Source of the DNA: Eimeria praecox | Lineage: Eukaryota | Reading direction: 5' to 3' | Assembly: GCA_963920595.1 (NCBI GenBank) | Contig: OY986947.1 | Location: 682,001-746,000, forward strand | Length of the DNA stretch: 64,000 nucleotides | Shown here: positions 62,664-64,000 of the stretch, piece after piece | How positions within the stretch are numbered: position 1 is the first letter of the stretch | How the letters are laid out: each line of letters opens with the position of its first letter | Position numbers and translations under genes: made by a program | Notes under the pieces: generated by a model | Told to the model about the DNA's origin: nothing | Databases searched by the model: none | What the model saw: the letters and a program-made list of their open reading frames with translations, nothing else

Positions 62664-62717
<54 letters not shown>

Positions 62718-62795
62718 GTACCTATCTATCTCTATCTCTATGAATCTCTATCTCTATCTACCAATCTAACTATCCATATTTATCTATATATATAA

Positions 62796-62830
<35 letters not shown>

Positions 62831-63111
62831 CTATGGATAGATATATATTGTTTGTCTTTAAGCACACACTCGAAGATATTTTTGTTTATTTATCTTCTCT
62901 CTCTCTCTCTCTCTCTCATTTATTTATTTGTTTTATTTATTATTTATTTGTTTTTATTTATTTTATTTGTTTACTTGCTTCTCTCTGTTTTGTCTGCAAT
63001 TGTTTGTTTTGCTTGTTTTGTTTTATTCTTTTTTATTTATTTATTTTATTTTTTAATTTTTTTATTATTTTTCTCTCTTTGAGCTTTCTTCTCCGTTGTT
63101 TCTTTGTGTTG

Positions 63112-63177
<66 letters not shown>

Positions 63178-63271
63178 CTTGTATGTATATGTATATCTAC
63201 TTTATCTAATTTGCTTATGTGTATGTATGATTCACCTCTGTATATCTTTATATCTTTATCTTTATATCTTC

Positions 63272-63371
<100 letters not shown>

Positions 63372-63855
63372 TAGAGGAGCGTCTAACCCTACATAATACA
63401 AACTCGTATAAACTAAATATGTTCTTGGCAGACATAAACCCTAAACCCTATAAAACCCTGAACCCTAAACCCTAGCAAACCCTAAACCCTAGCAAACCCT
63501 AAACCCTAAACCCTAGACACTTTCTCAGATTTTGCGGTGTATATACACCTGAATATATGAAGGAAGGACGGTTGATTCTTCCTTTCTCTATATTTGTATT
63601 TTATTATTTATTTTAAAATATAAATATAAAGATAAAAACAATTTGAAGGACTTAAAAGATTTAGTCTAAATTTATAGAAACAACACAACAAACACTATCA
63701 AACACCTATATATATATCTTATATATATAATATATATATATATATAATAATATATAATATATATATATTATATATATTATATTATATATATGTATTATAT
63801 ATATTATATGTGTATATGTATGTATATATACACATATGTTAATATATGCTGTGTA

Positions 63856-63925
<70 letters not shown>

Positions 63926-64000
63926 ATAAAGTCATATATAACATCTCTAAACATATACATATATACACATATATATATATATATACATATATATATGTAT

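Overview
This is eukaryotic, intron-rich apicomplexan DNA, almost certainly a coccidian of the genus Eimeria. The evidence is pervasive CAG/CTG repeats encoding homopolymeric A/Q/S runs, interstitial AAACCCT/AGGGTTT telomere-like heptamers and TGCATGCA octamers. The first ~7.7 kb and ~51.6-53.7 kb are repeat-poor; the rest is repeat-rich. Most long poly-L/C/Q/A and IY/FY ORFs in the six-frame track are repeat artefacts. Manual GT-AG splicing with phase checks supports nine protein-coding genes: an RBM42-like RRM protein (-), an HP1-like chromo/chromo-shadow protein (+), AAR2 (-), an OHA + LOTUS/OST-HTH protein (-), a SPRYD7-like protein (-), an organellar bL32-like ribosomal protein downstream of a perfect (CAA)216 tract (+), a ~2,530-aa F-box-like/pseudo-CDK/cyclin fusion (-), VDAC/porin (-), and a large membrane-anchored protein with three copies of an unrecognised module (+). 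The standout is the fusion protein, which joins an F-box-like motif, an apparently dead CDK-like domain (VAIK>VAIR, HRD>HRN, DFG>DFT, PSTAIRE>PASLLRE) and a cyclin fold in one chain. No tRNA, rRNA, CRISPR array or autonomous mobile element was recognised. Family assignments come from motif recognition by eye, not from database searches.
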